From NCBI RefSeq assembly GCF_003334335.1, contig NZ_QOWQ01000031.1: a stretch of 59,951 nt of DNA. One strand, given 5' to 3'. How positions within the stretch are numbered: the stretch's first letter is position 1; each line of letters opens with the position of its first letter. Source of the DNA: Escherichia coli (GTDB taxonomy: Bacteria; Pseudomonadota; Gammaproteobacteria; Enterobacterales; Enterobacteriaceae). Shown here in pieces: positions 31,687 through 45,868 of this stretch. The translations under genes were made by a program, and so were the position numbers. Below the pieces are notes generated by a model, which saw nothing but the letters and a program-made list of their open reading frames with translations, did no database searches and had not been told where the DNA came from.

Positions 31687-33396
31687 ATGTCTGAAGAAAA
31701 ATTAGGTCAACATTATCTCGCCGCGCTGAATGAGGCATTTCCGGGCGTCGTGCTGGACCACGCCTGGCAGACCAAAGATCAGCTGACTGTCACCGTAAAG
31801 GTGAACTACCTGCCGGAAGTGGTGGAGTTTCTTTACTACAAACAGGGTGGCTGGCTGTCGGTGCTGTTTGGTAACGACGAACGCAAACTGAATGGTCATT
31901 ACGCCGTTTACTACGTGCTGTCGATGGAGAAGGGCACTAAGTGTTGGATTACGGTTCGCGTCGAAGTTGACGCCAACAAACCGGAATATCCGTCCGTGAC
32001 GCCGCGCGTTCCGGCGGCGGTGTGGGGCGAGCGTGAAGTGCGCGATATGTACGGTTTGATTCCGGTTGGTCTGCCGGATGAACGTCGTCTGGTGCTGCCG
32101 GATGACTGGCCGGATGAACTTTATCCGCTGCGTAAAGACAGCATGGATTATCGTCAGCGTCCGGCACCGACCACCGATGCTGAAACCTACGAGTTCATCA
32201 ACGAACTGGGCGACAAGAAAAACAACGTCGTGCCGATTGGTCCGCTGCACGTCACTTCTGATGAACCGGGCCACTTCCGTCTGTTCGTCGATGGCGAAAA
32301 CATTATCGACGCCGACTACCGTCTGTTCTACGTCCATCGCGGCATGGAAAAACTGGCGGAAACCCGTATGGGTTATAACGAAGTGACCTTCCTCTCTGAC
32401 CGTGTGTGCGGGATCTGCGGCTTTGCCCACAGCACCGCCTACACCACGTCGGTGGAAAACGCGATGGGTATTCAGGTGCCAGAACGTGCGCAGATGATCC
32501 GCGCCATTCTGCTGGAGGTAGAACGCTTGCACTCGCATCTGCTCAACCTTGGCCTGGCCTGTCACTTTACCGGCTTCGACTCCGGCTTTATGCAGTTCTT
32601 CCGCGTGCGTGAAACCTCCATGAAAATGGCAGAGATCCTTACCGGTGCGCGTAAAACCTACGGCCTGAACTTGATCGGCGGGATTCGTCGCGATCTGCTG
32701 AAAGACGACATGATCCAGACCCGCCAGCTGGCACAACAGATGCGTCGTGAAGTGCAGGAGCTGGTGGATGTGCTGCTGAGCACTCCGAACATGGAACAGC
32801 GCACTGTCGGCATTGGTCGTCTGGACCCGGAAATCGCTCGCGACTTCAGTAACGTCGGCCCGATGGTCCGTGCCAGCGGTCACGCCCGTGATACCCGCGC
32901 CGATCACCCGTTTGTCGGCTATGGCCTGCTGCCAATGGAAGTCCACAGCGAGCAGGGCTGCGACGTTATTTCCCGTCTGAAAGTGCGTATCAACGAAGTC
33001 TATACCGCGCTGAACATGATCGACTACGGTCTGGATAACCTGCCGGGTGGCCCACTGATGGTGGAAGGCTTTACCTACATTCCGCACCGCTTTGCGCTGG
33101 GCTTTGCCGAAGCGCCGCGCGGCGATGATATCCACTGGAGCATGACCGGCGACAACCAGAAGCTGTACCGCTGGCGCTGCCGTGCCGCGACCTACGCGAA
33201 CTGGCCGACCCTGCGCTACATGCTGCGCGGCAACACCGTTTCCGATGCGCCGCTGATTATCGGTAGCCTCGACCCTTGCTACTCCTGTACCGACCGCATG
33301 ACCGTGGTCGATGTGCGTAAGAAGAAGAGCAAAGTGGTGCCGTACAAAGAACTCGAGCGTTACAGCATTGAGCGTAAAAACTCGCCGCTGAAATAA
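31687..33396 (+). CDS. hycE: Hydrogenase 3 large subunit [NiFe]
   Basis: Start trimmed to MSEEKLGQHY (569 aa); C-terminal DPCYSCTDR nickel-binding motif. Confidence 0.9.
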   Translation: MSEEKLGQHYLAALNEAFPGVVLDHAWQTKDQLTVTVKVNYLPEVVEFLYYKQGGWLSVLFGNDERKLNGHYAVYYVLSMEKGTKCWITVRVEVDANKPEYPSVTPRVPAAVWGEREVRDMYGLIPVGLPDERRLVLPDDWPDELYPLRKDSMDYRQRPAPTTDAETYEFINELGDKKNNVVPIGPLHVTSDEPGHFRLFVDGENIIDADYRLFYVHRGMEKLAETRMGYNEVTFLSDRVCGICGFAHSTAYTTSVENAMGIQVPERAQMIRAILLEVERLHSHLLNLGLACHFTGFDSGFMQFFRVRETSMKMAEILTGARKTYGLNLIGGIRRDLLKDDMIQTRQLAQQMRREVQELVDVLLSTPNMEQRTVGIGRLDPEIARDFSNVGPMVRASGHARDTRADHPFVGYGLLPMEVHSEQGCDVISRLKVRINEVYTALNMIDYGLDNLPGGPLMVEGFTYIPHRFALGFAEAPRGDDIHWSMTGDNQKLYRWRCRAATYANWPTLRYMLRGNTVSDAPLIIGSLDPCYSCTDRMTVVDVRKKKSKVVPYKELERYSIERKNSPLK

Positions 33397-33405
33397 GGAA
33401 TCGCC

Positions 33406-33948
33406 ATGTTTACCTTTATCAAAAAAGTCATCAAAACCGGCACGGCGACCTCGTCTTATCCGCTGGAGCCGATTGCGGTTGATAAAAACTTCCGTGGTAA
33501 GCCAGAGCAGAACCCGCAGCAGTGCATCGGCTGCGCGGCCTGCGTCAATGCCTGCCCGTCAAACGCCTTAACGGTTGAAACTGACCTCGCCACAGGAGAG
33601 CTTGCCTGGGAGTTTAATCTTGGGCACTGCATCTTCTGTGGACGCTGCGAAGAAGTCTGCCCGACGGCGGCGATCAAACTGTCGCAAGAGTACGAACTGG
33701 CGGTGTGGAAGAAAGAAGACTTCCTGCAACAGTCCCGCTTCGCGCTGTGCAACTGCCGCGTCTGCAATCGTCCTTTCGCCGTCCAGAAAGAGATCGACTA
33801 CGCCATTGCGCTGCTTAAGCACAACGGCGACAGCCGCGCGGAAAACCACCGCGAAAGCTTTGAGACTTGCCCGGAATGTAAGCGCCAGAAATGCCTGGTG
33901 CCGTCCGACCGTATTGAACTGACTCGCCATATGAAAGAGGCCATCTGA
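33406..33948 (+). CDS. hycF: Formate hydrogenlyase subunit 6 (ferredoxin)
   Basis: 180-aa ORF with two 4Fe-4S motifs. Confidence 0.9.
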   Translation: MFTFIKKVIKTGTATSSYPLEPIAVDKNFRGKPEQNPQQCIGCAACVNACPSNALTVETDLATGELAWEFNLGHCIFCGRCEEVCPTAAIKLSQEYELAVWKKEDFLQQSRFALCNCRVCNRPFAVQKEIDYAIALLKHNGDSRAENHRESFETCPECKRQKCLVPSDRIELTRHMKEAI

Positions 33949-34715
33949 TGAGCAATTTATTAGGCCCCCGTGACGCCAACGGCATTCCGGTCCCCATGAC
34001 GGTGGATGAATCCATCGCCAGCATGAAGGCGTCGTTACTGAAAAAAATCAAACGTTCTGCCTATGTTTACAGCGTGGACTGCGGCGGCTGCAACGGTTGC
34101 GAAATCGAAATTTTCGCCACGCTTTCGCCGCTGTTTGATGCAGAACGCTTCGGCATTAAAGTCGTTCCTTCACCGCGTCATGCGGATATTTTACTGTTTA
34201 CCGGCGCGGTCACCCGTGCAATGCGATCCCCTGCGCTGCGTGCGTGGCAGTCCGCGCCGGACCCGAAAATTTGTATCTCCTACGGTGCCTGCGGTAACAG
34301 TGGCGGGATCTTCCACGATCTCTACTGCGTGTGGGGCGGTACGGATAAAATTGTCCCTGTGGATGTTTATATCCCTGGCTGCCCGCCAACGCCTGCCGCC
34401 ACGCTGTACGGCTTTGCAATGGCGCTCGGCCTGCTGGAGCAGAAAATTCACGCCCGTGGGCCGGGTGAACTGGATGAACAACCGGCGGAGATCCTGCATG
34501 GTGATATGGTGCAGCCGCTGCGCGTGAAAGTGGATCGCGAAGCACGTCGCCTGGCGGGTTATCGTTACGGTCGTCAGATTGCCGATGATTACCTTACACA
34601 GTTAGGGCAGGGCGAAGAACAGGTTGCACGCTGGCTGGAAGCGGAAAACGATCCGCGTCTGAACGAGATTGTCAGCCATCTGAATCATGTTGTTGAAGAG
34701 GCGCGTATCCGATGA
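33948..34715 (+). CDS. hycG: Hydrogenase 3 small subunit (NuoB-like)
   Basis: 255-aa ORF with CGGCNGCE motif. Confidence 0.9.
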   Translation: MSNLLGPRDANGIPVPMTVDESIASMKASLLKKIKRSAYVYSVDCGGCNGCEIEIFATLSPLFDAERFGIKVVPSPRHADILLFTGAVTRAMRSPALRAWQSAPDPKICISYGACGNSGGIFHDLYCVWGGTDKIVPVDVYIPGCPPTPAATLYGFAMALGLLEQKIHARGPGELDEQPAEILHGDMVQPLRVKVDREARRLAGYRYGRQIADDYLTQLGQGEEQVARWLEAENDPRLNEIVSHLNHVVEEARIR

Positions 34716-35122
34716 GTGAAAAGGTGGTGTTCAGTCAACTGAGCCGTAAATTTATTGATGAGAACGATGCCACGCCCGCCGAGGCGCAGCAGGTGGTCTA
34801 TTACAGCCTGGCGATTGGTCACCACCTTGGGGTTATCGATTGCCTGGAAGCGGCGCTCACCTGCCCGTGGGATGAATATCTGGCATGGATTGCCACTCTG
34901 GAGGCAGGCAGTGAAGCCCGCCGCAAAATGGAAGGCGTGCCGAAATATGGTGAGATCGTCATCGACATTAACCATGTGCCGATGCTGGCCAACGCATTCG
35001 ATAAAGCCCGGGCAGCGCAAACTTCGCAGCAGCAGGAATGGAGTACAATGCTGTTAAGTATGCTGCATGATATTCATCAGGAAAACGCCATCTATTTGAT
35101 GGTGAGGAGACTGCGTGACTGA
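34712..35122 (+). CDS. hycH: Formate hydrogenlyase maturation protein HycH
   Basis: 136-aa ORF; overlaps hycG by 4 bp. Confidence 0.85.
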   Translation: MSEKVVFSQLSRKFIDENDATPAEAQQVVYYSLAIGHHLGVIDCLEAALTCPWDEYLAWIATLEAGSEARRKMEGVPKYGEIVIDINHVPMLANAFDKARAAQTSQQQEWSTMLLSMLHDIHQENAIYLMVRRLRD

Positions 35123-35585
35123 CGTTTTACTCTGTGTTGGCAATAGCATGATGGGCGATGATGGCGCAGGTCCGCTGCTGGCGGAAAAGTGCGCCGCCGC
35201 GCCGAAAGGTAACTGGGTGGTGATTGACGGCGGTAGCGCACCGGAAAACGACATCGTCGCTATCCGTGAACTGCGCCCGACACGACTGCTGATTGTCGAC
35301 GCCACGGATATGGGGCTAAACCCCGGCGAGATCCGCATCATCGACCCGGATGATATCGCCGAGATGTTTATGATGACTACCCATAACATGCCGTTGAATT
35401 ACCTTATCGACCAGTTGAAAGAAGATATTGGCGAAGTGATTTTCCTCGGCATTCAGCCGGATATCGTCGGCTTTTACTACCCGATGACCCAGCCGATTAA
35501 AGATGCGGTAGAAACCGTTTATCAACGACTGGAAGGCTGGGAAGGAAATGGCGGCTTCGCGCAGTTAGCGGTGGAAGAAGAGTAG
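35115..35585 (+). CDS. hycI: Hydrogenase 3 maturation endopeptidase HycI
   Basis: 156-aa ORF; overlaps hycH by 8 bp. Confidence 0.88.
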   Translation: MTDVLLCVGNSMMGDDGAGPLLAEKCAAAPKGNWVVIDGGSAPENDIVAIRELRPTRLLIVDATDMGLNPGEIRIIDPDDIAEMFMMTTHNMPLNYLIDQLKEDIGEVIFLGIQPDIVGFYYPMTQPIKDAVETVYQRLEGWEGNGGFAQLAVEEE

Positions 35586-35656
35586 TTTTTCATTAAGGAA
35601 TCAGGACAGGGATGTTCTTGATGGGGTGAACCAGCTCTGATGCCAAATGCTAAATT

Positions 35657-35736
35657 GCCCGATGCGCTGCGCTTATCGGGCCTTCATGGTTCGTGCGACA
35701 TGTAGGCCGGATAAGGCGTTCACGCCGCATCCGGCA
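35657..35736. repeat. REP/BIME elements (two palindromic units)
   Basis: GCCCGATGCGCTGCGCTTATCGGGCC and GTAGGCCGGATAAGGCGTTCACGCCGCATCCGGCAC between hycI and ascB. Confidence 0.8.
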
Positions 35737-35743
35737 CTGTTAC

Positions 35744-38634
<2,891 letters not shown>

Positions 38635-38717
38635 CGGATTTTATCCTGTTATCAGTAGGGTAGATGTAGTTGTTATCAGTCGACGTGACGGAAAAATGCC
38701 GATGCTGAAACGGAATT

Positions 38718-38807
38718 AAGAAACCGGTTTCACAAAATCATGAATAGTTGTCACTAAATAAGCAAGAGAGTGAATTGTTCATTTTTTATATTTGTGAAAC
38801 CGGTCAC
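38718..38807. promoter_or_regulatory. Candidate AscG operators: two inverted copies of TGTGAAACCGGT in the ascF/ascG divergent promoter region
   Basis: 38720-38731 is the perfect palindrome GAAACCGGTTTC; 38793-38807 is TGTGAAACCGGTCAC. Resembles LacI/GalR-type operators. Confidence 0.5.
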
Positions 38808-38890
38808 CTGAATATTTTTCCCGCCGATTGTGCAAGGACAATCGGCAAACGGTGCAGTACACTGCGTTGATTGCGTGTAAAGGGATGAAA

Positions 38891-39904
38891 ATGATGACGA
38901 CGATGCTGGAAGTGGCGAAGCGCGCCGGGGTTTCAAAAGCGACCGTTTCCCGCGTGCTTTCAGGTAATGGCTACGTCAGCCAGGAGACTAAAGATCGCGT
39001 GTTTCAGGCGGTAGAAGAGAGCGGTTACCGTCCAAACTTGCTGGCGCGCAATCTGTCGGCGAAGAGTACTCAGACGCTGGGGCTGGTAGTGACCAACACG
39101 CTTTACCACGGCATTTATTTTAGTGAATTACTCTTTCATGCCGCGCGAATGGCGGAAGAGAAAGGGCGGCAGTTGCTATTGGCAGATGGTAAACACAGCG
39201 CAGAAGAAGAGCGCCAGGCGATTCAGTATCTGCTGGATCTGCGCTGCGACGCGATCATGATTTACCCGCGTTTTTTAAGCGTGGATGAGATCGATGACAT
39301 CATTGACGCGCACAGTCAGCCGATAATGGTGCTTAATCGCCGCCTGCGCAAAAACAGCAGCCATAGCGTCTGGTGCGATCATAAACAGACCAGTTTTAAC
39401 GCCGTGGCAGAGTTGATAAACGCCGGGCATCAGGAGATTGCTTTCCTTACCGGCTCGATGGATTCCCCCACCAGCATTGAACGTCTTGCCGGGTATAAAG
39501 ACGCGCTGGCGCAGCATGGTATTGCGCTCAATGAAAAACTTATCGCTAACGGTAAATGGACGCCTGCCAGCGGGGCCGAAGGGGTAGAAATGTTGCTCGA
39601 ACGTGGGGCTAAATTTAGCGCGTTAGTTGCCAGTAACGACGATATGGCGATAGGTGCGATGAAAGCGTTACACGAGCGCGGCGTAGCGGTGCCAGAGCAG
39701 GTGTCAGTTATCGGATTCGATGATATCGCTATTGCCCCCTACACCGTTCCGGCGCTCTCCAGCGTAAAAATTCCGGTGACTGAGATGATTCAGGAAATTA
39801 TTGGACGGCTGATTTTTATGCTCGATGGCGGGGATTTCTCACCGCCGAAAACCTTCAGCGGAAAACTGATCCGCCGCGACTCACTCATTGCTCCTTCGCG
39901 ATAA
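38891..39904 (+). CDS. ascG: LacI-family repressor of the asc operon
   Basis: Start trimmed to MMTTMLEVAKRAGVSKATVSRVL (337 aa); appears intact, with no IS insertion. Confidence 0.88.
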   Translation: MMTTMLEVAKRAGVSKATVSRVLSGNGYVSQETKDRVFQAVEESGYRPNLLARNLSAKSTQTLGLVVTNTLYHGIYFSELLFHAARMAEEKGRQLLLADGKHSAEEERQAIQYLLDLRCDAIMIYPRFLSVDEIDDIIDAHSQPIMVLNRRLRKNSSHSVWCDHKQTSFNAVAELINAGHQEIAFLTGSMDSPTSIERLAGYKDALAQHGIALNEKLIANGKWTPASGAEGVEMLLERGAKFSALVASNDDMAIGAMKALHERGVAVPEQVSVIGFDDIAIAPYTVPALSSVKIPVTEMIQEIIGRLIFMLDGGDFSPPKTFSGKLIRRDSLIAPSR

Positions 39905-40052
39905 ACATTGTCATCACATGTCATCGTCACTAGTGTCGATGACATCGTTTTTCCTGCATTACAGAAATTAATTTCCTTAAATAACAGTAAATTAAAAACT
40001 GGCATGATTTGTGAATGTATCGGCGCATTAACTGTCATTGCTGGAGAATTTG

Positions 40053-40580
40053 ATGAACCGTTTCATCATTGCTGACGCGAGTAAATGTATTGGTTGCCGT
40101 ACCTGTGAAGTAGCGTGCGTGGTTTCTCATCAGGAAAATCAGGACTGTGCATCGCTGACCCCGGAAACTTTTTTACCGCGTATCCATGTCATTAAAGGTG
40201 TGAACATTTCCACGGCGACAGTTTGCCGTCAGTGTGAAGATGCACCGTGCGCTAACGTCTGCCCGAATGGTGCTATCAGCCGTGATAAAGGGTTTGTTCA
40301 TGTGATGCAGGAACGTTGCATTGGTTGCAAAACCTGCGTTGTGGCTTGCCCGTATGGTGCGATGGAAGTGGTGGTACGTCCGGTGATCCGCAACAGCGGC
40401 GCGGGTCTGAATGTACGGGCTGACAAAGCCGAAGCCAATAAATGCGACCTGTGCAACCATCGTGAAGACGGCCCGGCGTGTATGGCGGCTTGCCCGACTC
40501 ATGCGCTGATTTGTGTCGATCGTAATAAACTTGAACAACTGAGCGCAGAAAAACGCCGCCGTACGGCGCTGATGTTCTAA
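40053..40580 (+). CDS. hydN: Electron-transfer 4Fe-4S ferredoxin HydN
   Basis: Start trimmed to [15 protein letters not shown] (175 aa); several Cys clusters. Confidence 0.88.
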
Positions 40581-40732
40581 AAATCTTACAGAACTGTTCT
40601 GGCATCAAAGGAATTCCCGGAAATATTCGTAGAATACGGAGCGGGCGGTATCGCCGACCTGTGACTGCCGGATGCGACGCTGTCGTGTCCGGCAGGGCGG
40701 GTTACGCAATTCATGATGGCGGGAATAACTCA

Positions 40733-42985
40733 ATGGCAAAAAACACATCTTGCGGTGTCCAACTGCGTATTCGTGGCAAAGTGCAGGGCGTCGGTTTTCG
40801 TCCGTTTGTCTGGCAGCTGGCACAGCAATTAAATCTTCACGGCGATGTCTGTAATGACGGCGATGGCGTAGAAGTCCGGCTGCGGGAAGACCCGGAAACG
40901 TTTCTTGTTCAATTGTATCAGCACTGCCCGCCGCTGGCGCGTATTGATAGCGTCGAGCGTGAGCCGTTTATCTGGTCACAACTGCCCACCGAGTTCACTA
41001 TACGCCAGAGCACAGGCGGCACCATGAATACGCAAATTGTTCCCGATGCCGCTACTTGCCCTGCTTGCCTTGCCGAAATGAATACCCCAGGCGAACGGCG
41101 TTATCGTTATCCGTTTATCAACTGTACCCACTGCGGCCCGCGTTTCACCATTATTCGCGCCATGCCTTACGACCGCCCGTTTACCGTGATGGCGGCGTTT
41201 CCGCTATGTCCGGCCTGTGACAAAGAGTACCGTGACCCGCTCGATCGTCGCTTCCACGCCCAGCCGGTGGCCTGCCCGGAGTGTGGCCCGCATCTTGAAT
41301 GGGTAAGTCATGGTGAACATGCGGAACAAGAGGCGGCATTACAGGCAGCTATCGCACAGTTAAAAATGGGCAAAATTGTCGCCATCAAAGGGATTGGCGG
41401 ATTTCATCTTGCCTGCGATGCACGTAACAGTAACGCGGTGGCGACACTTCGGGCGCGCAAACATCGCCCGGCGAAACCGCTGGCGGTCATGTTGCCAGTG
41501 GCTGACGGTTTACCAGACGCTGCGCGCCAGTTGCTTACCACGCCCGCCGCGCCGATTGTGCTGGTGGATAAAAAATACGTTCCTGAGCTTTGTGATGATA
41601 TCGCCCCTGACCTTAACGAAGTCGGGGTAATGTTGCCTGCGAACCCGCTCCAGCATTTGCTGTTACAGGAACTGCAATGCCCGCTGGTGATGACCTCCGG
41701 CAACCTGAGCGGTAAACCACCAGCTATCAGCAACGAACAGGCGCTGGCGGATTTGCAGGGCATTGCCGACGGATTCTTGATACATAACCGCGACATCGTG
41801 CAGCGGATGGATGATTCGGTGGTGCGCGAAAGCGGCGAAATGCTGCGCCGTTCGCGGGGGTATGTGCCGGATGCGCTGGCTTTGCCTCCGGGCTTTAAAA
41901 ATGTTCCGCCTGTGCTGTGTCTCGGCGCGGATCTGAAAAATACCTTCTGCCTGGTGCGCGGTGAACAAGCGGTGTTGAGTCAGCATCTGGGCGATTTAAG
42001 TGACGATGGCATCCAGATGCAGTGGCGCGAAGCGTTACGCCTGATGCAAAACATCTACGATTTTACCCCGCAATACGTTGTGCATGACGCGCATCCGGGC
42101 TATGTCTCCAGCCAGTGGGCGCGTGAAATGAATCTGCCGACGCAAACGGTACTGCATCATCATGCCCATGCAGCGGCGTGTCTGGCAGAGCATCAGTGGC
42201 CGCTGGATGGCGGTGATGTCATTGCTTTGACGCTCGACGGTATCGGTATGGGGGAGAACGGCGCTTTGTGGGGCGGCGAGTGCCTGCGGGTGAACTATCG
42301 CGAATGTGAGCACCTGGGCGGCTTGCCTGCAGTGGCGCTTCCGGGTGGCGATTTGGCAGCGAAGCAGCCGTGGCGAAACCTGCTGGCGCAGTGCCTGCGC
42401 TTTGTGCCGGAGTGGCAGAATTACTCTGAAACAGCAAGTGTGCAACAGCAAAACTGGAGCGTGCTGGCGCGGGCCATTGAGCGTGGAATTAACGCGCCGC
42501 TGGCGTCATCGTGTGGGCGTTTTTTCGATGCAGTGGCGGCGGCACTGGGCTGTGCGCCAGCCACGTTAAGTTATGAAGGTGAAGCGGCTTGTGCTCTGGA
42601 GGCGCTCGCAGCCTCATGCCACGGAGTGACGCATCCGGTGACAATGCCGCGGGTGGACAATCAACTGGATCTCGCCACTTTCTGGCAGCAGTGGCTGAAC
42701 TGGCAGGCACCGGTTAATCAACGCGCGTGGGCGTTTCATGATGCGCTGGCGCAGGGTTTTGCCGCGTTGATGCGTGAGCAGGCCACGATGCGTGGTATCA
42801 CTACGCTGGTATTTAGCGGCGGGGTTATTCATAACCGTTTGCTGCGTGCACGTCTGGCGCATTATCTCGCTGATTTCACATTGCTCTTTCCACAGAGTTT
42901 ACCGGCGGGTGATGGCGGTTTGTCTCTGGGGCAGGGGGTTATTGCTGCGGCGCGTTGGTTAGCGGGTGAAGTCCAGAACGGATAA
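40733..42985 (+). CDS. hypF: [NiFe]-hydrogenase maturation carbamoyltransferase HypF
   Basis: Start trimmed to [25 protein letters not shown] (750 aa); acylphosphatase domain, two CxxC zinc fingers, YrdC-like and Kae1-like domains. Confidence 0.9.
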
Positions 42986-43009
42986 AACGTGTTGCATTTG
43001 GACACCATT

Positions 43010-43092
<83 letters not shown>

Positions 43093-43112
43093 TTTTAGGC
43101 ACAGTAGCCCAC

Positions 43113-44246
43113 CTACATCGGCAATGTTTTCAACAATCCAAATGCCTCTTTCATCCGATCCTCACTGACCACAAAGGCGCGAAGCTGGTCAGCATCGTCA
43201 ACGCCGCGCGCCACCATTCCCTGGCGTTCGGTATTAATTTGCCAGCGTAAATCCTGACGCTGGGTTTCGCCTGCCAGATGCAGCGGTAATTCCGGCGTTT
43301 TGATTTTCACCAGCATCGCCGGGAGTTTCAGCGGCGTGTTATTGCCGAGAAGATTTTTTGCCAGCACCATCGCGCTAAGTTGAATCGGCTGGAGGAACGG
43401 CAATACCTGACCGTTAATTTCCGCGCAATCGCCCAGCGCGTAAATATCGGTATTACTGGTTTGCAGATAACTATCGACGCAAACGCCGCGATTAATCGTC
43501 AGCCCGGCGCGTCGTGCCAGGGCGGTTTCCGGGCGCAGTCCGGTGGCGGCAATTACCGCATCCACTTCGATGCTACGCTGGCGGTCCAGCGTTGCCAGAA
43601 TGCCAGAATCCGTTTTTTCCAGCCCCTGCAACTGAGATTTCAACAGCAGATGAACACCCATCTCCGTCAACCGATGCTGCAAGCGGCTGCTTACTTCCGG
43701 TGGCATTAACGACGCCAGAATACTGGCAGCGTTGTCGATTAGCGTGACCGCTTTGCCTGCACGACAAAAATCCATCGCCAGTTCGCTACCAATCAAACCA
43801 CCGCCAACAATCAACACGCGTCGGGCATCCCGCAGTTGCGTTTCACAGGCGCGATACTCTTGCTGACTATTTAACGTCAGCATTAACTCACGCCCAGGCA
43901 CAGGCGGGACAAAGGCGCTGGCACCGGTTGCCAGCACTAACTTGTCGTATTGCCACTGATTATTCTGGCTTTTCACCACATGGGCTTCGGCATCGATATC
44001 CGTCACCCAGGTGTGCGGAAACAGGCGCAGATTAAACTGCTCGGCAAATTCACCCGCCGTCTGGCGGGTAAGGTCGTCGGCACGTTGCCCCTGACTGATA
44101 ACATGGCTGAGGTCAGGTTTGTTGTACTCATCTATGCTGTCGGCGGCAATCAAGGTTAATGGAATAGTGGCGTCCTGTTTGCGAATATTTTTCACCAGTT
44201 GTCGGGCGGCGAAGCCCGAACCAATGATCACAATGCCGTTGCTCAT
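43113..44246 (-). CDS. norW: NADH:flavorubredoxin oxidoreductase
   Basis: 377-aa ORF with FAD/NAD(P)-binding GxGxxG motifs. Confidence 0.9.
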   Translation of the reverse strand: MSNGIVIIGSGFAARQLVKNIRKQDATIPLTLIAADSIDEYNKPDLSHVISQGQRADDLTRQTAGEFAEQFNLRLFPHTWVTDIDAEAHVVKSQNNQWQYDKLVLATGASAFVPPVPGRELMLTLNSQQEYRACETQLRDARRVLIVGGGLIGSELAMDFCRAGKAVTLIDNAASILASLMPPEVSSRLQHRLTEMGVHLLLKSQLQGLEKTDSGILATLDRQRSIEVDAVIAATGLRPETALARRAGLTINRGVCVDSYLQTSNTDIYALGDCAEINGQVLPFLQPIQLSAMVLAKNLLGNNTPLKLPAMLVKIKTPELPLHLAGETQRQDLRWQINTERQGMVARGVDDADQLRAFVVSEDRMKEAFGLLKTLPM

Positions 44247-45682
44247 TTTGCCTCCGATGCCAGTTCGTCAAAGACGTCTTTGCCGAGGGAGCATTCCGGG
44301 CACAGGAAGTTATCCGGGACTTCACTCCACGGCGTTCCTGGTGCAACGTCCTGCATTGGCTCGCCTTTTGCCGGATCGTAAATCCACCGGCAGACGCTGC
44401 ACTGCATCCGTGGGCCGAGGTCAGCCGTCGTGGCGGCAGAGGTTTCTTCTTTAACTACCGTATTCACCGTGCTCTGCGGCAGCGGCGCGAGCGCCCACTG
44501 ACGGGCGATTTCGCGACCGTGTTCACGGCATAACTCCAGAGCGTCCTGGTCTGGTCGCCATTTGGCTTTCAGGCTGAGCGACATTTCGAAACCCGCATCC
44601 TGCAGGCGCGTGGAAAGACGATCCACCGCACCGCCGCTCCAGCCGTGAGAGCCGAAAGCACTGGCGCGTTTGTTACGGAAGCGTAAACCAGTCATCTCCT
44701 CCACCAGCCCGGCGATTTTCGGCATCATCACGTTATTCATCGTCGAAGTGCCGACCAGCACGCCTTTTGAGCGGAAGACATTGGTCAGGATTTCGTTTTT
44801 ATCGCTTCGGGCGACGTTGAAAATTTTCACCGCCACGCGTGGGTCGGTTTCCGCAATCCCCTGGGCGATAGCGTCAGCCATCATGCGGGTGTTATTCGAC
44901 ATGGTGTCGTAGAAAATGGTGATTCTGTCTTCCTGATAATCAGCCGCCCATTTCAGGTACAGCTCGACAATTTGCGTCGGGTTATCGCGCCAGACCACGC
45001 CGTGGGAGGTCGCTATCATATCGACTGATAAGTTAAAGCCCAGGATCTCGGTAATTTTCGGCGTTACCAGGCGGCTGAACGGCGTCAGGATATTGGCGTA
45101 GTAACGCTGGCACTGCTCGAAAAGCTCCGTCTGATCCACTTCATCGTTGAACAGATGCTCGTCACAGTAGTGCTGACCGAAAGCATCGTTACTGAACAGC
45201 ACCGCGTCGCCTGTCAGGTAAGTCATCATGCTGTCCGGCCAGTGCAGCATTGGTGTTTCGACAAAAATGAGCTGTTTGCCGTTGCCGATATCCAGCGTGT
45301 CGCCAGTTTTCACCACATTAAAATTCCACTCCGGATGATGGTGATGACCATTTATCGAGTCGATAGCGTTGGCAGTACAGTAGATCGGCGTATCGGGAAT
45401 TTGTGCCATCAGTTCGGTCAGCGCCCCAGCGTGGTCCTCTTCTGCATGGTTAATCACGATGTAATCGATATCCGCCAGATCGATTTCATTACGCAGGTTC
45501 TGCACAAATTCGCGGCTGAATTTATGGTCGACGGTGTCGATCAGCACGTTTTTTTCTTCGCGGATGAGGTAGCTATTGTAGCTGCTGCCGCGCAGCGTTT
45601 TATATTCCGTGCCGTGAAAATCACGCACTTCCCAGTCACGTTGACCAACCCAATGAATGTTATTTTTCACCACAATAGACAT
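44243..45682 (-). CDS. norV: Anaerobic nitric oxide reductase flavorubredoxin
   Basis: 479-aa ORF: metallo-beta-lactamase-like and flavodoxin domains plus C-terminal rubredoxin (CSVC...CPEC). Confidence 0.92.
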   Translation of the reverse strand: MSIVVKNNIHWVGQRDWEVRDFHGTEYKTLRGSSYNSYLIREEKNVLIDTVDHKFSREFVQNLRNEIDLADIDYIVINHAEEDHAGALTELMAQIPDTPIYCTANAIDSINGHHHHPEWNFNVVKTGDTLDIGNGKQLIFVETPMLHWPDSMMTYLTGDAVLFSNDAFGQHYCDEHLFNDEVDQTELFEQCQRYYANILTPFSRLVTPKITEILGFNLSVDMIATSHGVVWRDNPTQIVELYLKWAADYQEDRITIFYDTMSNNTRMMADAIAQGIAETDPRVAVKIFNVARSDKNEILTNVFRSKGVLVGTSTMNNVMMPKIAGLVEEMTGLRFRNKRASAFGSHGWSGGAVDRLSTRLQDAGFEMSLSLKAKWRPDQDALELCREHGREIARQWALAPLPQSTVNTVVKEETSAATTADLGPRMQCSVCRWIYDPAKGEPMQDVAPGTPWSEVPDNFLCPECSLGKDVFDELASEAK

Positions 45683-45729
45683 AGCAACCTCAATTTATTC
45701 AGCGTGTTCTAAAAAGATGTCTTGCTAAT

Positions 45730-45745
45730 TGCAGATTGCGTGCCA
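45730..45745 (-). promoter_or_regulatory. Sigma54 -24/-12 promoter for norVW
   Basis: Minus strand reads TGGCACGCAATCTGCA, about 48 bp upstream of the norV start. Confidence 0.65.
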
Positions 45746-45800
45746 GTTTTTTATCTGATTGTTTTTACTCTATAAATAAAATTATGCCCATTAATGAGTA

Positions 45801-45856
45801 GTCAAAATGACTATCAATCAAATGGTCGATATGACAATATCTATAGTCAAATTGAC
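45801..45856. promoter_or_regulatory. Three NorR enhancer boxes (GT-N7-AC)
   Basis: GTCAAAATGAC (45801-45811), GTCGATATGAC (45825-45835), GTCAAATTGAC (45846-45856), between the divergent norR and norV starts. Confidence 0.7.
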
Positions 45857-45868
45857 AGTGAGGCAAAG

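Noticed and set aside
31702-33135. 477-aa antisense ORF inside hycE
   Set aside because: Shadow ORF on the opposite strand of a well-supported gene, with a low-complexity H/R/V/Q-rich translation and no motifs. The same applies to the 609-aa antisense ORF in alaS (56060..57889), the 345..454-aa-scale antisense ORFs in mutS, and the 149-aa ORF in ygbN (12029..12478).
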